This document shows, in pieces, positions 49,644-58,818 of a stretch of 64,000 nucleotides of DNA. The stretch covers positions 76,878-140,877 of the forward strand of contig CAKORY010000001.1 in assembly GCA_934101795.1 (NCBI GenBank), given 5' to 3'. The DNA is from an uncultured Bacilli bacterium. GTDB lineage: Bacteria; Bacillota_I; Bacilli_A; RF39; UBA660. Each line of letters begins with the position of its first letter. Positions within the stretch are counted from its first letter, which is position 1. The translations under genes and the position numbers were made by a program. The notes beneath the pieces are model-generated. The model saw nothing but the letters and a program-made list of their open reading frames with translations. It had not been told where the DNA came from and did no database searches.

Positions 49644-50657
49644 ATGAAAAAAATTGCAGTATTTTTAGCTTTAATGCTAACTGTTGTAACTAATTGTTAC
49701 GCCCAAAAGGAGGTGAGTGGAAAAAATTATGTAGAATTTGATATTGATATGACATATTCTAATTTAACTATTGATGTTTATAATAATGATACTAATAAAT
49801 TTATAGAAAAAGTAATTCTTAATAAAATTGGTAATATTTATTATTATAATAAAGGTTTAAATATTAAGATAGTTGAAACTACAAGTGATAGTGCTTATGA
49901 ATATATGGAAGATATTATTTTAAATAATGAAAGTAAAGTAATAAAGTTTAATAGAAAAGTAAAAAATAAAAATGTTACTTTTAAAACAATTTATCGAGGA
50001 TATGGTAAATATATTGAATCTGTAGATAGTGATACTGATATTACTATATACGACGAATATTTTAATGAAGTAGGTTATTGTAAAAGTGAAGGCATGTGTG
50101 AAAAAGTTTTACTTGCAGGAAAATACTTTATTAAGGATAATAAAACTGGTAGAGTAGCATGTGAATTTGTTACTAATAATACACTTATTTATGTATCAAG
50201 ATATTTTATTGATGGAATATATAGTGAAGATGAATTAGAGTTAGATAATGTAACTAGAAAAGGTAAATTATATTATTTTAATGATCCAGCATATCCAGAG
50301 AAACATACTATTTTGGGAGAAGAATTAGATTTTTCAGATAGTAGTAATTACTATTATATATTCGGGGAAGGTATATTTTATAAATATAGTAAGAAAGATG
50401 AGGTTATTGATATTCCTAAAAAAGATGATGCTACTAGTGATAAAGTAAATGATACTGATATTTCAGATAACACTTCTAGTGATACAAAAAAAGATGATAT
50501 TACTAGTGATAAAGTAAATGATACTGGTATTTCAGATAATACTTTTAGTGATACAAAAAAAGATGATATTTTAGATGAAGAAATATATATAAATGTTCCT
50601 GATACACAAACAAATAGCAATGATATTATTTATTTTAAGAAAAAATATTATTTTTAA
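49644..50657 (+). CDS. secreted protein with a signal peptide and a C-terminal 21-aa tandem repeat
   Basis: The signal is MKKIAVFLALMLTVVTNCYA. The repeats are DDATSDKVNDTDISDNTSSDTKK and DDITSDKVNDTGISDNTFSDTKK, encoded by an approximately 63-bp nucleotide repeat at 50432-50557. Confidence 0.6.
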   Translation: MKKIAVFLALMLTVVTNCYAQKEVSGKNYVEFDIDMTYSNLTIDVYNNDTNKFIEKVILNKIGNIYYYNKGLNIKIVETTSDSAYEYMEDIILNNESKVIKFNRKVKNKNVTFKTIYRGYGKYIESVDSDTDITIYDEYFNEVGYCKSEGMCEKVLLAGKYFIKDNKTGRVACEFVTNNTLIYVSRYFIDGIYSEDELELDNVTRKGKLYYFNDPAYPEKHTILGEELDFSDSSNYYYIFGEGIFYKYSKKDEVIDIPKKDDATSDKVNDTDISDNTSSDTKKDDITSDKVNDTGISDNTFSDTKKDDILDEEIYINVPDTQTNSNDIIYFKKKYYF

Positions 50658-51140
50658 ATGAAAAAGTTAATTTTATTAATTATGTTACTTTTTTTAACAG
50701 GATGTAAAAATGAAGTACAAAATAGTGAAATGTCAAAATATAAAAGCAATTATTATGGTTATCTTATAATACCCAGTATTAATATGACATATGGATTTTA
50801 TGATACCTTAAATGAATTTAATGATGTTAATAAAAATGTTACTTTGCTAAAATCAAATATTAAAAATACTTATATTTTAGCTGCTCACTCAGGTTCAGGT
50901 TATCTTGCTTACTTTAATGATTTAAAGTTTTTAAAAATAAATGATGAAGTATATCTTAAATTTGGAAATACTACTTTAGAGTATAGTGTTGTAAATATTA
51001 AAAGTGAAAAGAAAAACGGTAAGATAAAGATTAAGAATAAAGAAAATCAATTAATTTTGACAACTTGTGATCAAGTAAGAAAAGGTAATCAGTTAATAAT
51101 TGAATCTGATCTAATAATAGATAAAACATCAAATAATTAA
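50658..51140 (+). CDS. sortase-like lipoprotein (putative)
   Basis: The lipobox is LLFLTGC. A His motif (ILAAHSGSG) and a TLxTC-like catalytic Cys motif (LILTTCDQVRK) are present. Confidence 0.4.
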   Translation: MKKLILLIMLLFLTGCKNEVQNSEMSKYKSNYYGYLIIPSINMTYGFYDTLNEFNDVNKNVTLLKSNIKNTYILAAHSGSGYLAYFNDLKFLKINDEVYLKFGNTTLEYSVVNIKSEKKNGKIKIKNKENQLILTTCDQVRKGNQLIIESDLIIDKTSNN

Positions 51141-51234
51141 AGAGGGAATGTAACTAAAAATGTTACATTCTTTTCAAAAATAACTATGAATTTAAAAGAA
51201 AATTTGCTATAATTTATAAAGAGGCGATAAGTTT

Positions 51235-51627
51235 ATGAAAACTAGAAGTGAATTAAGAAATATAGCAATGATTATATTATATCAAATTGATATTTATGAA
51301 GATAGAAAAATTCCATTTGAAATAGATAAAGTAATAAAAGAAAATTTAAATGTTGATAATGAATTTGTTAAAGATATTGTGTATGGTGTAACAACATATA
51401 AAAATGATTTAGATGAAATTGCAAATAAATATATTGATGGATGGACTATAGATAGAATTGATAAAACTGGAGCAGCTATACTTAGAATGGGATTATATGA
51501 ACTTAAGTTTACTGATACACCAGAGGTTGTTGTTATTAATGAAGCTGTAGAACTTTCTAAAAAATATTGTGATGATGCAGTTAGAAAAATAATTAATGCA
51601 GTTTTAGATAAGTTTATAAAAGAATAA
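51235..51627 (+). CDS. nusB: transcription antitermination factor NusB
   Basis: The 130-aa product has the NusB pattern (RSELRNIAMIILYQ.. DRIDKTGAAILRMGLYEL). Confidence 0.85.
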   Translation: MKTRSELRNIAMIILYQIDIYEDRKIPFEIDKVIKENLNVDNEFVKDIVYGVTTYKNDLDEIANKYIDGWTIDRIDKTGAAILRMGLYELKFTDTPEVVVINEAVELSKKYCDDAVRKIINAVLDKFIKE

Positions 51628-51679
51628 TAAGACTATTTTAAAAATAGTCTTAATTTATATAATATAGAAAGGGTAGTTT

Positions 51680-52939
51680 ATGAATATTGAATATATTAAA
51701 ATAAGTGATTTAAATAATTATATTAAGAATGTATTAGATAGTAATACTTTTTTAAATAAAGTATATTTAAAAGGTGAAATTAGTAATTTTAAAAATCATA
51801 CAAGAGGACATCTTTATTTTACTTTAAAAGATGATTCATCAAGACTTAGTGCTGTTATGTTTCAAAGTAGTGCATCAAGACTTACATTTACACCAGAAGA
51901 TGGAATGAATGTGTTAGTTGAAGGAAGAATTAGTGCATATCCAGCACAAGGGTCTTATCAAATTTATATTGAAAAGATGGAACCTGATGGTCTTGGAGCT
52001 TTATATATAGAGTATGAAAAGTTAAAGAAAAAACTTGCTCTAGAAGGATTATTTGATGGTGTGCATAAAAAAGCTATCCCGAAGTTTCCTGAGAAAATTG
52101 GGGTAATTACAGCATCAACTGGAGCAGCTGTAAGGGATATTATGAGTACAATAAGAAGAAGATATCCAGTTTGTGAAGCAATACTTTTTCCATGTTTAGT
52201 TCAAGGTAAAGATGCAGCACCAGATATTGTAAGACAAATTAAAAGAGCAGATGAATTTGGTGTTGATACAATTATTGTTGGTCGTGGTGGAGGTTCTATT
52301 GAAGACTTATGGGCCTTTAATGAAGAAATTGTTGCTCATGCTATTTATGAATGTAAAACCCCGATTATAAGTGCTGTTGGTCATGAAATTGATTGGACAA
52401 TCGCCGATTTTGTGGCAGATTTGAGAGCTCCAACACCGACCGGGGCAGCAGAAATGGCAGTGCCAACTGTGTTAGATATTAATACTTTGCTTAATAATTA
52501 TAAAATTAGACTTAATAAGAATATTAAAAACATGGTTAATACTAAGTTTATTAAATGGAGAAGTTTAAAAAATAGTTTCATTTTAAAAAATCCAATGACC
52601 ATGTATGAAATGAAGGAACAAAAACTAGATACTTTAATAGACAATTTAAATAAAGATATTAAAGTAATAATTCAAAATAATGAAGTAAAACTTAATAAAG
52701 TAAAAATGTCTGTTGCTCTTCAAAATCCAATGAGTTTAATTGATAAGAAGAAAAATGAATATAATCTACTTATTAATACTTTAAAACTTGTTAATCCTTT
52801 AGGTATTTTAGAAAAGGGATATTCACTTGCAACAATTAATGATAAAGTAATTAAGTCTAGTAATGATGTAAATGTTGGTGATTTAATTAATGTTAAGTTA
52901 CATGAAGGGGCTATTAAGGCTAAAGTTGTAGAAAAATAG
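51680..52939 (+). CDS. xseA: exodeoxyribonuclease VII large subunit
   Basis: An OB-fold N-terminus (VYLKGEISNFKNHTRGHLYFTLKD) is followed by the GVITASTGAAVRD catalytic core. Confidence 0.9.
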   Translation: MNIEYIKISDLNNYIKNVLDSNTFLNKVYLKGEISNFKNHTRGHLYFTLKDDSSRLSAVMFQSSASRLTFTPEDGMNVLVEGRISAYPAQGSYQIYIEKMEPDGLGALYIEYEKLKKKLALEGLFDGVHKKAIPKFPEKIGVITASTGAAVRDIMSTIRRRYPVCEAILFPCLVQGKDAAPDIVRQIKRADEFGVDTIIVGRGGGSIEDLWAFNEEIVAHAIYECKTPIISAVGHEIDWTIADFVADLRAPTPTGAAEMAVPTVLDINTLLNNYKIRLNKNIKNMVNTKFIKWRSLKNSFILKNPMTMYEMKEQKLDTLIDNLNKDIKVIIQNNEVKLNKVKMSVALQNPMSLIDKKKNEYNLLINTLKLVNPLGILEKGYSLATINDKVIKSSNDVNVGDLINVKLHEGAIKAKVVEK

Positions 52940-53044
52940 TGTTGTTATACCATTTTTCCCATGCCGGAAAAATTGTAAGATTTATTGGAAAAAAGGTGAA
53001 GTTAAATAAATAATTGGTAAATACAATTTAAGGGGGAGTGAAAA

Positions 53045-53884
53045 ATGAATGAATTAATGTTAAATAATAGTATTTTTGAAAATGTAAAGCATGTTGATGA
53101 AAATGGTAATGAATATTGGTTTGCAAGAGACCTACAAAAAGTATTAAATTATTCTCAATGGAGGAGATTTGATGAAGTAATGGACAAAGCTAAAATTTCA
53201 TGTCAACTAAGTAATTTAAATGTTGAAGACCATTTTGCCGATGTCGGCAAAATGGTCGAAATAGGTTCTAAAACAAAAAGAAAAATTGAAGATTATAAAT
53301 TATCACGTTATGCATGTTACTTAATTGCTCAAAATGGTGATTCAAGAAAGAAGACGATAGCTCTTGCTCAAACTTATTTTGCAGTTCAAACTAGAAAACA
53401 AGAAATTTCAGAAAGAGAATATTCTAGTTTAACAGAAGATGAAAAAAAATTTTATCAAAGAAATTTAACTAAAAAAGGTAATTATTCTTTGAACCAAGCA
53501 GCTAAAGATGCGGGAGTAAAGAACTTTGATAAATTTCATAATGCTGGTTATAAAGGGTTATATAATGGTGAGACTGCTAATGATATTGCCAAAAGAAAAG
53601 GATTAAGATATAGAGAAGATATCTTAGATAATATGGGTAGTGATGAATTAATAGCAAATCTTTTTAGAATTTCTCAAACAGAACAAAAATTAAAAAGAGA
53701 TAATGTCAATGGAGAAGTAAATGCAAATGATGTACACTACGAAGTAGGTAAAAAAATAAGAAATACTATAAAAGAACTAGGAGGAACAATGCCAGAAGAT
53801 TATCCAACTCCAGAAAAAAGTTTAAAAGTATTAGAAAAAGAAAATAAAAACAAAATAACTAGCAATAGTAAATTATTAAAATAA
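53045..53884 (+). CDS. dinD: DNA damage-inducible protein D (DinD) homolog
   Basis: Extended colinear similarity to E. coli DinD: an N-terminal Bro-N domain, then SRYACYLIAQNGD, AQTYFAVQTRKQE, GYKGLYNGET, DNMGSDELIANLFRISQTEQKLKRDNVNG and ELGGTMPEDYPTPEKS. Confidence 0.85.
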   Translation: MNELMLNNSIFENVKHVDENGNEYWFARDLQKVLNYSQWRRFDEVMDKAKISCQLSNLNVEDHFADVGKMVEIGSKTKRKIEDYKLSRYACYLIAQNGDSRKKTIALAQTYFAVQTRKQEISEREYSSLTEDEKKFYQRNLTKKGNYSLNQAAKDAGVKNFDKFHNAGYKGLYNGETANDIAKRKGLRYREDILDNMGSDELIANLFRISQTEQKLKRDNVNGEVNANDVHYEVGKKIRNTIKELGGTMPEDYPTPEKSLKVLEKENKNKITSNSKLLK

Positions 53885-53915
53885 ATGATATAATAAAAAA
53901 GAAAGGAAAAATAAT

Positions 53916-54134
53916 ATGGAAGAAAATAAAAATTTTGAAAGTTCACTACAAGAACTTGAAACTATAGTTAAAGAATTAGAAAGTGGCAATGTTAATTTAG
54001 ATGATGCTATTAATAAATATACTGAAGCTATGAAATTAGCTAAGTATTGTGGTGAAAAATTAAATGATGCTACACAAAAAGTAAATAAAATTTTAACTGA
54101 AGATAATGAATTAAAAGAATTTAAAGCAGAATAG
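53916..54134 (+). CDS. xseB: exodeoxyribonuclease VII small subunit
   Basis: The 72-aa product has FESSLQELETIVKELESGNVNLDDAINKYTEAMKLAKYCGEKL. Confidence 0.9.
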   Translation: MEENKNFESSLQELETIVKELESGNVNLDDAINKYTEAMKLAKYCGEKLNDATQKVNKILTEDNELKEFKAE

Positions 54135-54145
54135 GAAAGTTAATT

Positions 54146-54886
54146 ATGAAATATATTAAAGATTTTTTGAAAACAATATCTATATTAATCTTTATATTAA
54201 CGTTTGCATATGTATTATATATTGTTTTATCAAATGCTTTGTTTGGTGTTTTGCTTGGATTTGAAGCTGGTTATGGAATTTTTTTAATAATAAGTTGGAT
54301 AATTGTTTTAGCCATAGAATCAAATTTAAAAGGAAGTGTATCTAAATATATATTACCAATATTTTTGGCGTTATGTATGGTTTGCTCATTAATTTTTGCC
54401 AATCAGTTAGATTTTAAACCAAGTGGATTTTCAGCAAGTACAAGTGCGGAAGAACAATTTTATTTTATTATTACACTTATAATTATTCCAAATTTAGCAT
54501 TATGTTTTTTAATTTCACTTATTTTTTTGGAAAGATTTACTATAGTATATTTAAAAAAAGAAAAAATTAATCGATATAATAATGTAATTTCGGTTACTAA
54601 TGGAGATGTTTATTGTATTAAAGTTAAACCTTTTAGAGAGGTAGTAGGTTACCTAACATTTAATGAGATGAATAATAATGAATATAAATTAAGTATTATA
54701 ATGGATGACACCTATGAAAATGAGAGAAAAGAAACTAAAACAAAAGTAATAGTAAAAAAACTAATGAAACTTGGTTATAAAAAGATAATCGTAGATAAAG
54801 AAAATTATGATTATTTAAAAGAATCGCTTAATTACTATAATATAAAATCTATTGAAGATGAAGATAGTTATGTGTTAGAGATATAA
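54146..54886 (+). CDS. paralog 1 of a tandem triplet: 4-TM membrane protein with a conserved approximately 100-aa C-terminal domain of unknown function
   Basis: The C-terminus ...LGYKKIIVDKENYDYLKESLNYYNIKSIEDEDSYVLEI is shared with the next two genes. Confidence 0.6.
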   Translation: MKYIKDFLKTISILIFILTFAYVLYIVLSNALFGVLLGFEAGYGIFLIISWIIVLAIESNLKGSVSKYILPIFLALCMVCSLIFANQLDFKPSGFSASTSAEEQFYFIITLIIIPNLALCFLISLIFLERFTIVYLKKEKINRYNNVISVTNGDVYCIKVKPFREVVGYLTFNEMNNNEYKLSIIMDDTYENERKETKTKVIVKKLMKLGYKKIIVDKENYDYLKESLNYYNIKSIEDEDSYVLEI

Positions 54887-54888
54887 AA
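54770..54888 (+). repeat. approximately 119-bp near-identical direct repeat (copy 1; copy 2 at 55432-55550) covering the 3' ends of paralogs 1 and 2
   Basis: cttggttataaaaagataatcgtagataaagaaaattatgattatttaaaagaatc[g/a]cttaatta[c/t]tataatataaaatctattgaagatgaagatagttatgtgttagagatataaaa. Confidence 0.9.
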
Positions 54889-54900
54889 ATATGAATTGGA

Positions 54901-55548
54901 GTGATAATTTTGATTGAATTATTAATTATATTTATAATTGTTCCTTTGTTAATTGCAGAAATTATTATATTTTTGCAAGATAAATTAAAATTTAAGTTTA
55001 TAATTCCTATTTTGATTGGAATAGTGTTAATTAATACTTATTTTAAAACTAAAACATGTTCAGGTGGAACTTTTGAATCAATAGGTTGTGCTGCTTTTTA
55101 TGGTTTTGGTATATTTTATTTAATTATAGCATTAATAATTTCTATAGTGTGTTTATATAAAACTTCAGGTATATTAATTGCATTTAAAGATATTGGAAAA
55201 AAACCAAAAGAAATATTTGAAAATAAAATGCCAGAAAATAAAAAGTTTTTGCATAATAGTAATTATGATATTTATTATTTAAAAAAAGATATGTATGGAA
55301 AAATATATGGTTGTTTAGTAATTGATAAAAAGAGTGATGATACATGTGAAATAGACGTTGTAGATTTAGATAATAGAAATATATTAAAAAAGAATAGAAA
55401 ATTTGAATTGATATTAGAGAAACTAAAAGAACTTGGTTATAAAAAGATAATCGTAGATAAAGAAAATTATGATTATTTAAAAGAATCACTTAATTATTAT
55501 AATATAAAATCTATTGAAGATGAAGATAGTTATGTGTTAGAGATATAA
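54901..55548 (+). CDS. paralog 2 of the tandem triplet (3-TM membrane protein plus the conserved C-terminal domain)
   Basis: GTG or TTG start. The C-terminal 39 aa are identical to paralog 1. Confidence 0.6.
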   Translation: MIILIELLIIFIIVPLLIAEIIIFLQDKLKFKFIIPILIGIVLINTYFKTKTCSGGTFESIGCAAFYGFGIFYLIIALIISIVCLYKTSGILIAFKDIGKKPKEIFENKMPENKKFLHNSNYDIYYLKKDMYGKIYGCLVIDKKSDDTCEIDVVDLDNRNILKKNRKFELILEKLKELGYKKIIVDKENYDYLKESLNYYNIKSIEDEDSYVLEI

Positions 55549-55561
55549 AAGGAGTAGAAAA

Positions 55562-56209
55562 ATGAATGATATTTTAGTTTATATTTTTATGTCACCAATT
55601 ACAATGATAGGTGTTGCTACAATTATTATGATAATTCAAAATAGAATTAAAAATAAAATTATATTTCCCATTTTATTGTTGTTTGGCTTGTTATATTGTT
55701 TCTATAAAATCAAGACGCGGCCTTCTGGAAGTTGGGACGCTGTTGGTCATGGCTTATATTATGGATTTTTTTGTTTCTATTTTATTATATGTTTGTTATT
55801 TTTGATATTAAGTTATGTTATGCAGTTTATGAGAATATTGGAATTAGTTAGAATTCCTGATATTGATGAAAATGATTTAAATGAATTTAAAAGTCAAATA
55901 TCAGCTAATAAAATATATTTGATAAATACAAATAATGATATATATTTTTTTCGCAAAGAGGCAAGTAATAAGTTGTTGGGATGCTTGATAATTATTTCAA
56001 AAGATGATGGAATGAAAAAAGTTGAAATTATTGATTCTGATAAAAATAATAAAAATATAAAAATAAAACTAATTATAAAAAAAATAAAAGAATTAGGTTA
56101 TAAAAAAATAATAGTAAATAAAGATGCTTATAATTATTTGGAAAATTCGTTTGATAAATATAATATAAAATCAATTGAAAATGCAGATGGGTATATGTTA
56201 GAATTATAA
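55562..56209 (+). CDS. paralog 3 of the tandem triplet (diverged copy)
   Basis: It has the same architecture. The C-terminus LGYKKIIVNKDAYNYLENSFDKYNIKSIENADGYMLEL is about 70% identical to paralog 2. Confidence 0.6.
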   Translation: MNDILVYIFMSPITMIGVATIIMIIQNRIKNKIIFPILLLFGLLYCFYKIKTRPSGSWDAVGHGLYYGFFCFYFIICLLFLILSYVMQFMRILELVRIPDIDENDLNEFKSQISANKIYLINTNNDIYFFRKEASNKLLGCLIIISKDDGMKKVEIIDSDKNNKNIKIKLIIKKIKELGYKKIIVNKDAYNYLENSFDKYNIKSIENADGYMLEL

Positions 56210-56224
56210 ATGGAGGTTTAATTT

Positions 56225-57637
56225 ATGGAAGTAAAAGATATAACAAATAGAGATGTAGATTTTGCTAAATGGTATACAGATGTATGTAAAAAAGCTGATT
56301 TAGTAGATTATTCAAGTGTAAAGGGTAGTATGATTATAAGACCACTTGGTTATGCTATCTGGGAAGAAATGCAAAAAGTGTTAGATAGAATGTTTAAAGA
56401 AACTGGGCATGAAAATGTGCAAATGCCTATGTTTATTCCTGAGTCACTTTTAAATATTGAAAAAGAACATGTTGAAGGTTTTGCTCCTGAAGTTGCTTGG
56501 GTTACTTATGGTGGAACAGAAAAACTTGAAGAAAGAATGTGTGTAAGACCAACTAGTGAAGTTTTATTTTGTGATCATTATAAAAAAATAATTAATACTT
56601 ATAGAGATTTACCGATTCTTTATAATCAATGGTGTACAATTGTTAGATGGGAAAAAACTACTAGACCATTTCTTAGAAGCAGAGAAATACTTTGGCAAGA
56701 AGGCCATACAATGCATGCAACTGCTGAAGAAGCTAGAGAAGAAACACTTAGAATGTTTAATGTTTATAAAAAGTTTCAAGAAGATTATTTAGCACTTCCA
56801 GTTATAACAGGAAAGAAAACTGATAAGGAAAAATTTGCTGGAGCTGAAGAAACATATACTTTGGAAGCCATGATGTATAATGGTTATGCTCTTCAAAATG
56901 GTACAAGTCATTATTTTGGAAATCATTTTGCTAAAGCTTTTGGTATTAAATTTACTGATAAAGATAATACACAAAAAACTCCATATCAAACTAGTTGGGG
57001 AGTTACTACAAGAATGATCGGTGCTATTATAATGACTCATGGTGATGATCATGGACTTGTTCTTCCACCTAGAATTGCACCATTTAAAACAATTATTATT
57101 CCAATTGGTGATGTTTCAGAAAAGCTTGAAGAATTAAAGTCTAGTCTTAAAAATAATAATATTACATTTAAAGTTGATGAAAGAGATAAAACTCCAGGAT
57201 TTAAATTTGCTGAAGCTGAAGTAAAAGGGTATCCAGTTAGAATAGAGCTTGGCAAAAGAGATTTAGAAAATAATTTAGTTACCTTAGTTAGAAGAGATAC
57301 TTTAGAAAAAGTACAAGTTTCTTTCGAAGAAGTTATTCCTAAATTAAATGAACTTCTTGATATTATTCAAAAAGATATGTTTGAAAGAGCTAAAGCTAGA
57401 CGAGATAGTATGATTTATGATGCTAAAACTTATGAAGAATTAAAGACACTTGCTACCACTAAAGATGGTGGATTTATTAAAATCAATTGGTGTGGTAATG
57501 TAGAATGTGAAAATAAAATTAAAGATGAATTTGGTATTAAGTCTAGATGCTTAATTGAAAATGAACAAGTCACAGGTCCATGTACTGTATGTGGTAAGGA
57601 AGCTAAAACAAGATTATATATTGGCAGACAATATTAA
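56225..57637 (+). CDS. proS: proline--tRNA ligase (archaeal/eukaryotic-like type)
   Basis: The N-terminus is DFAKWYTDVCKKADLVDYSSVKGSMIIRPLGYAIWE. Class II motifs are present, and the C-terminal Zn-binding tail is CGNVECENK...CTVCG. Confidence 0.9.
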   Translation: MEVKDITNRDVDFAKWYTDVCKKADLVDYSSVKGSMIIRPLGYAIWEEMQKVLDRMFKETGHENVQMPMFIPESLLNIEKEHVEGFAPEVAWVTYGGTEKLEERMCVRPTSEVLFCDHYKKIINTYRDLPILYNQWCTIVRWEKTTRPFLRSREILWQEGHTMHATAEEAREETLRMFNVYKKFQEDYLALPVITGKKTDKEKFAGAEETYTLEAMMYNGYALQNGTSHYFGNHFAKAFGIKFTDKDNTQKTPYQTSWGVTTRMIGAIIMTHGDDHGLVLPPRIAPFKTIIIPIGDVSEKLEELKSSLKNNNITFKVDERDKTPGFKFAEAEVKGYPVRIELGKRDLENNLVTLVRRDTLEKVQVSFEEVIPKLNELLDIIQKDMFERAKARRDSMIYDAKTYEELKTLATTKDGGFIKINWCGNVECENKIKDEFGIKSRCLIENEQVTGPCTVCGKEAKTRLYIGRQY

Positions 57638-57640
57638 AAT

Positions 57641-57676
57641 AAAAAATGAATAAAGCAATTGCTTTATTCATTTTTA
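57641..57676. terminator. bidirectional terminator between proS and the convergent DUF1292 gene
   Basis: A 12-bp stem AATGAATAAAGC-AATT-GCTTTATTCATT with a flanking A-run and T-run. Confidence 0.8.
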
Positions 57677-57900
57677 AATTTATTTGCAAATTTTTGTAAT
57701 ACTTTTATTACTTCTTCTTTATCATTTAAACCAACTAGATATTCATTATTATTAATTGTATTTATTTTTCTTAAACAAAAATCTGCAACATCATCTTCGT
57801 TTGTTAAAAATAAATATTTTATATTATTAATTTCTAATTCTGCCGTAACCATGTAGTCTTTGCCATCTTCAAGTGTTACTACTTCAATATTTTCGTTCAT
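57664..57900 (-). CDS. DUF1292 (UPF0473) family small protein
   Basis: VTLEDGKDYMVTAELEINNIKYLFLTNEDD...EYLVGLNDKEEV is the DUF1292 pattern. Confidence 0.65.
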   Translation of the reverse strand: MNENIEVVTLEDGKDYMVTAELEINNIKYLFLTNEDDVADFCLRKINTINNNEYLVGLNDKEEVIKVLQKFANKFKNE

Positions 57901-58601
57901 CTTGAACCTCCGTTTAATTCTTTAAGTAAATTATTAATTTCTTCTTGTGATTTATCTTCTTTAACATAAGCTTTTATAACTTTTTCCATTAATTTAGTAT
58001 AATCTTCTAAAGTTATATTTTTACTTTCTAGATATTCATCAAATGAACTATGTAAACAAGCTTTAATTTCTTCTTCTGTATATTTTTCTGGAGAATCACC
58101 AATTAATCTACTCATATTTCTAAATATTTCATCCATAAATTCATTTTTCTTATATTCATTTAGATTACTGTAGCAGCCATATATTCTAGTATCAATATCA
58201 AATTCTTTATTTTTATCTAATATATCTTCGGCCATATTATGTGTGTTATAATCCCAGTATGGTCTTTCTTCATTTGGATTATATCCAAAATATTCGGTGT
58301 TTTCACTAACTGAACTACCAATTGTGTTTCTTACTTCCTGAGTTTTATTTAAATTATCTATACCATCTTTAAATGCATTTGCCCCAACAATAAGTCCTGC
58401 TCCAAGTGATACAAATATAATTGCTTTTTTAGCTAGTTCATTTATACCTTTTGGTTTTTGTTTTTTTCTTCTTATATTTCTAGTTGGGGTACAATTAGTA
58501 CTTTTTCTGACAATATTATCAATTCTGTCATATTTTTTTGTGCCATCTTTGTTAAATAAAACATCAACTGTATAATCTAAATCATTAATATCATTTGTCA
58601 T
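57897..58601 (-). CDS. hypothetical single-TM protein
   Basis: The ORF overlaps DUF1292 by 4 nt and has a basic N-terminus plus one TM. Confidence 0.45.
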   Translation of the reverse strand: MTNDINDLDYTVDVLFNKDGTKKYDRIDNIVRKSTNCTPTRNIRRKKQKPKGINELAKKAIIFVSLGAGLIVGANAFKDGIDNLNKTQEVRNTIGSSVSENTEYFGYNPNEERPYWDYNTHNMAEDILDKNKEFDIDTRIYGCYSNLNEYKKNEFMDEIFRNMSRLIGDSPEKYTEEEIKACLHSSFDEYLESKNITLEDYTKLMEKVIKAYVKEDKSQEEINNLLKELNGGSR

Positions 58602-58818
58602 TTTTATACCTTCTCTCTATATTAATTTTACATTAAAATTATATCTTTGGCAACATTATTTTAAAAATAAATAAAAAACAATTGAATAAAGTGACAAATT
58701 ATTATATAATTAAGTTATGGTAAAGGAAATATTTGTGTTCAGTTGAAAGCCTTAATCATGTAATGATAAACTATAATTTGTTATGGTTTATACTATTAAG
58801 AATAGAAAAGGTGATATA

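Noticed and set aside
52950-52980. Hairpin ATTTTTCC-CATGCC-GGAAAAAT after xseA as a LexA/Cheo box or terminator
   Set aside because: It is not followed by a U-run and does not match GAAC-N4-GTTC, so its function is undetermined.
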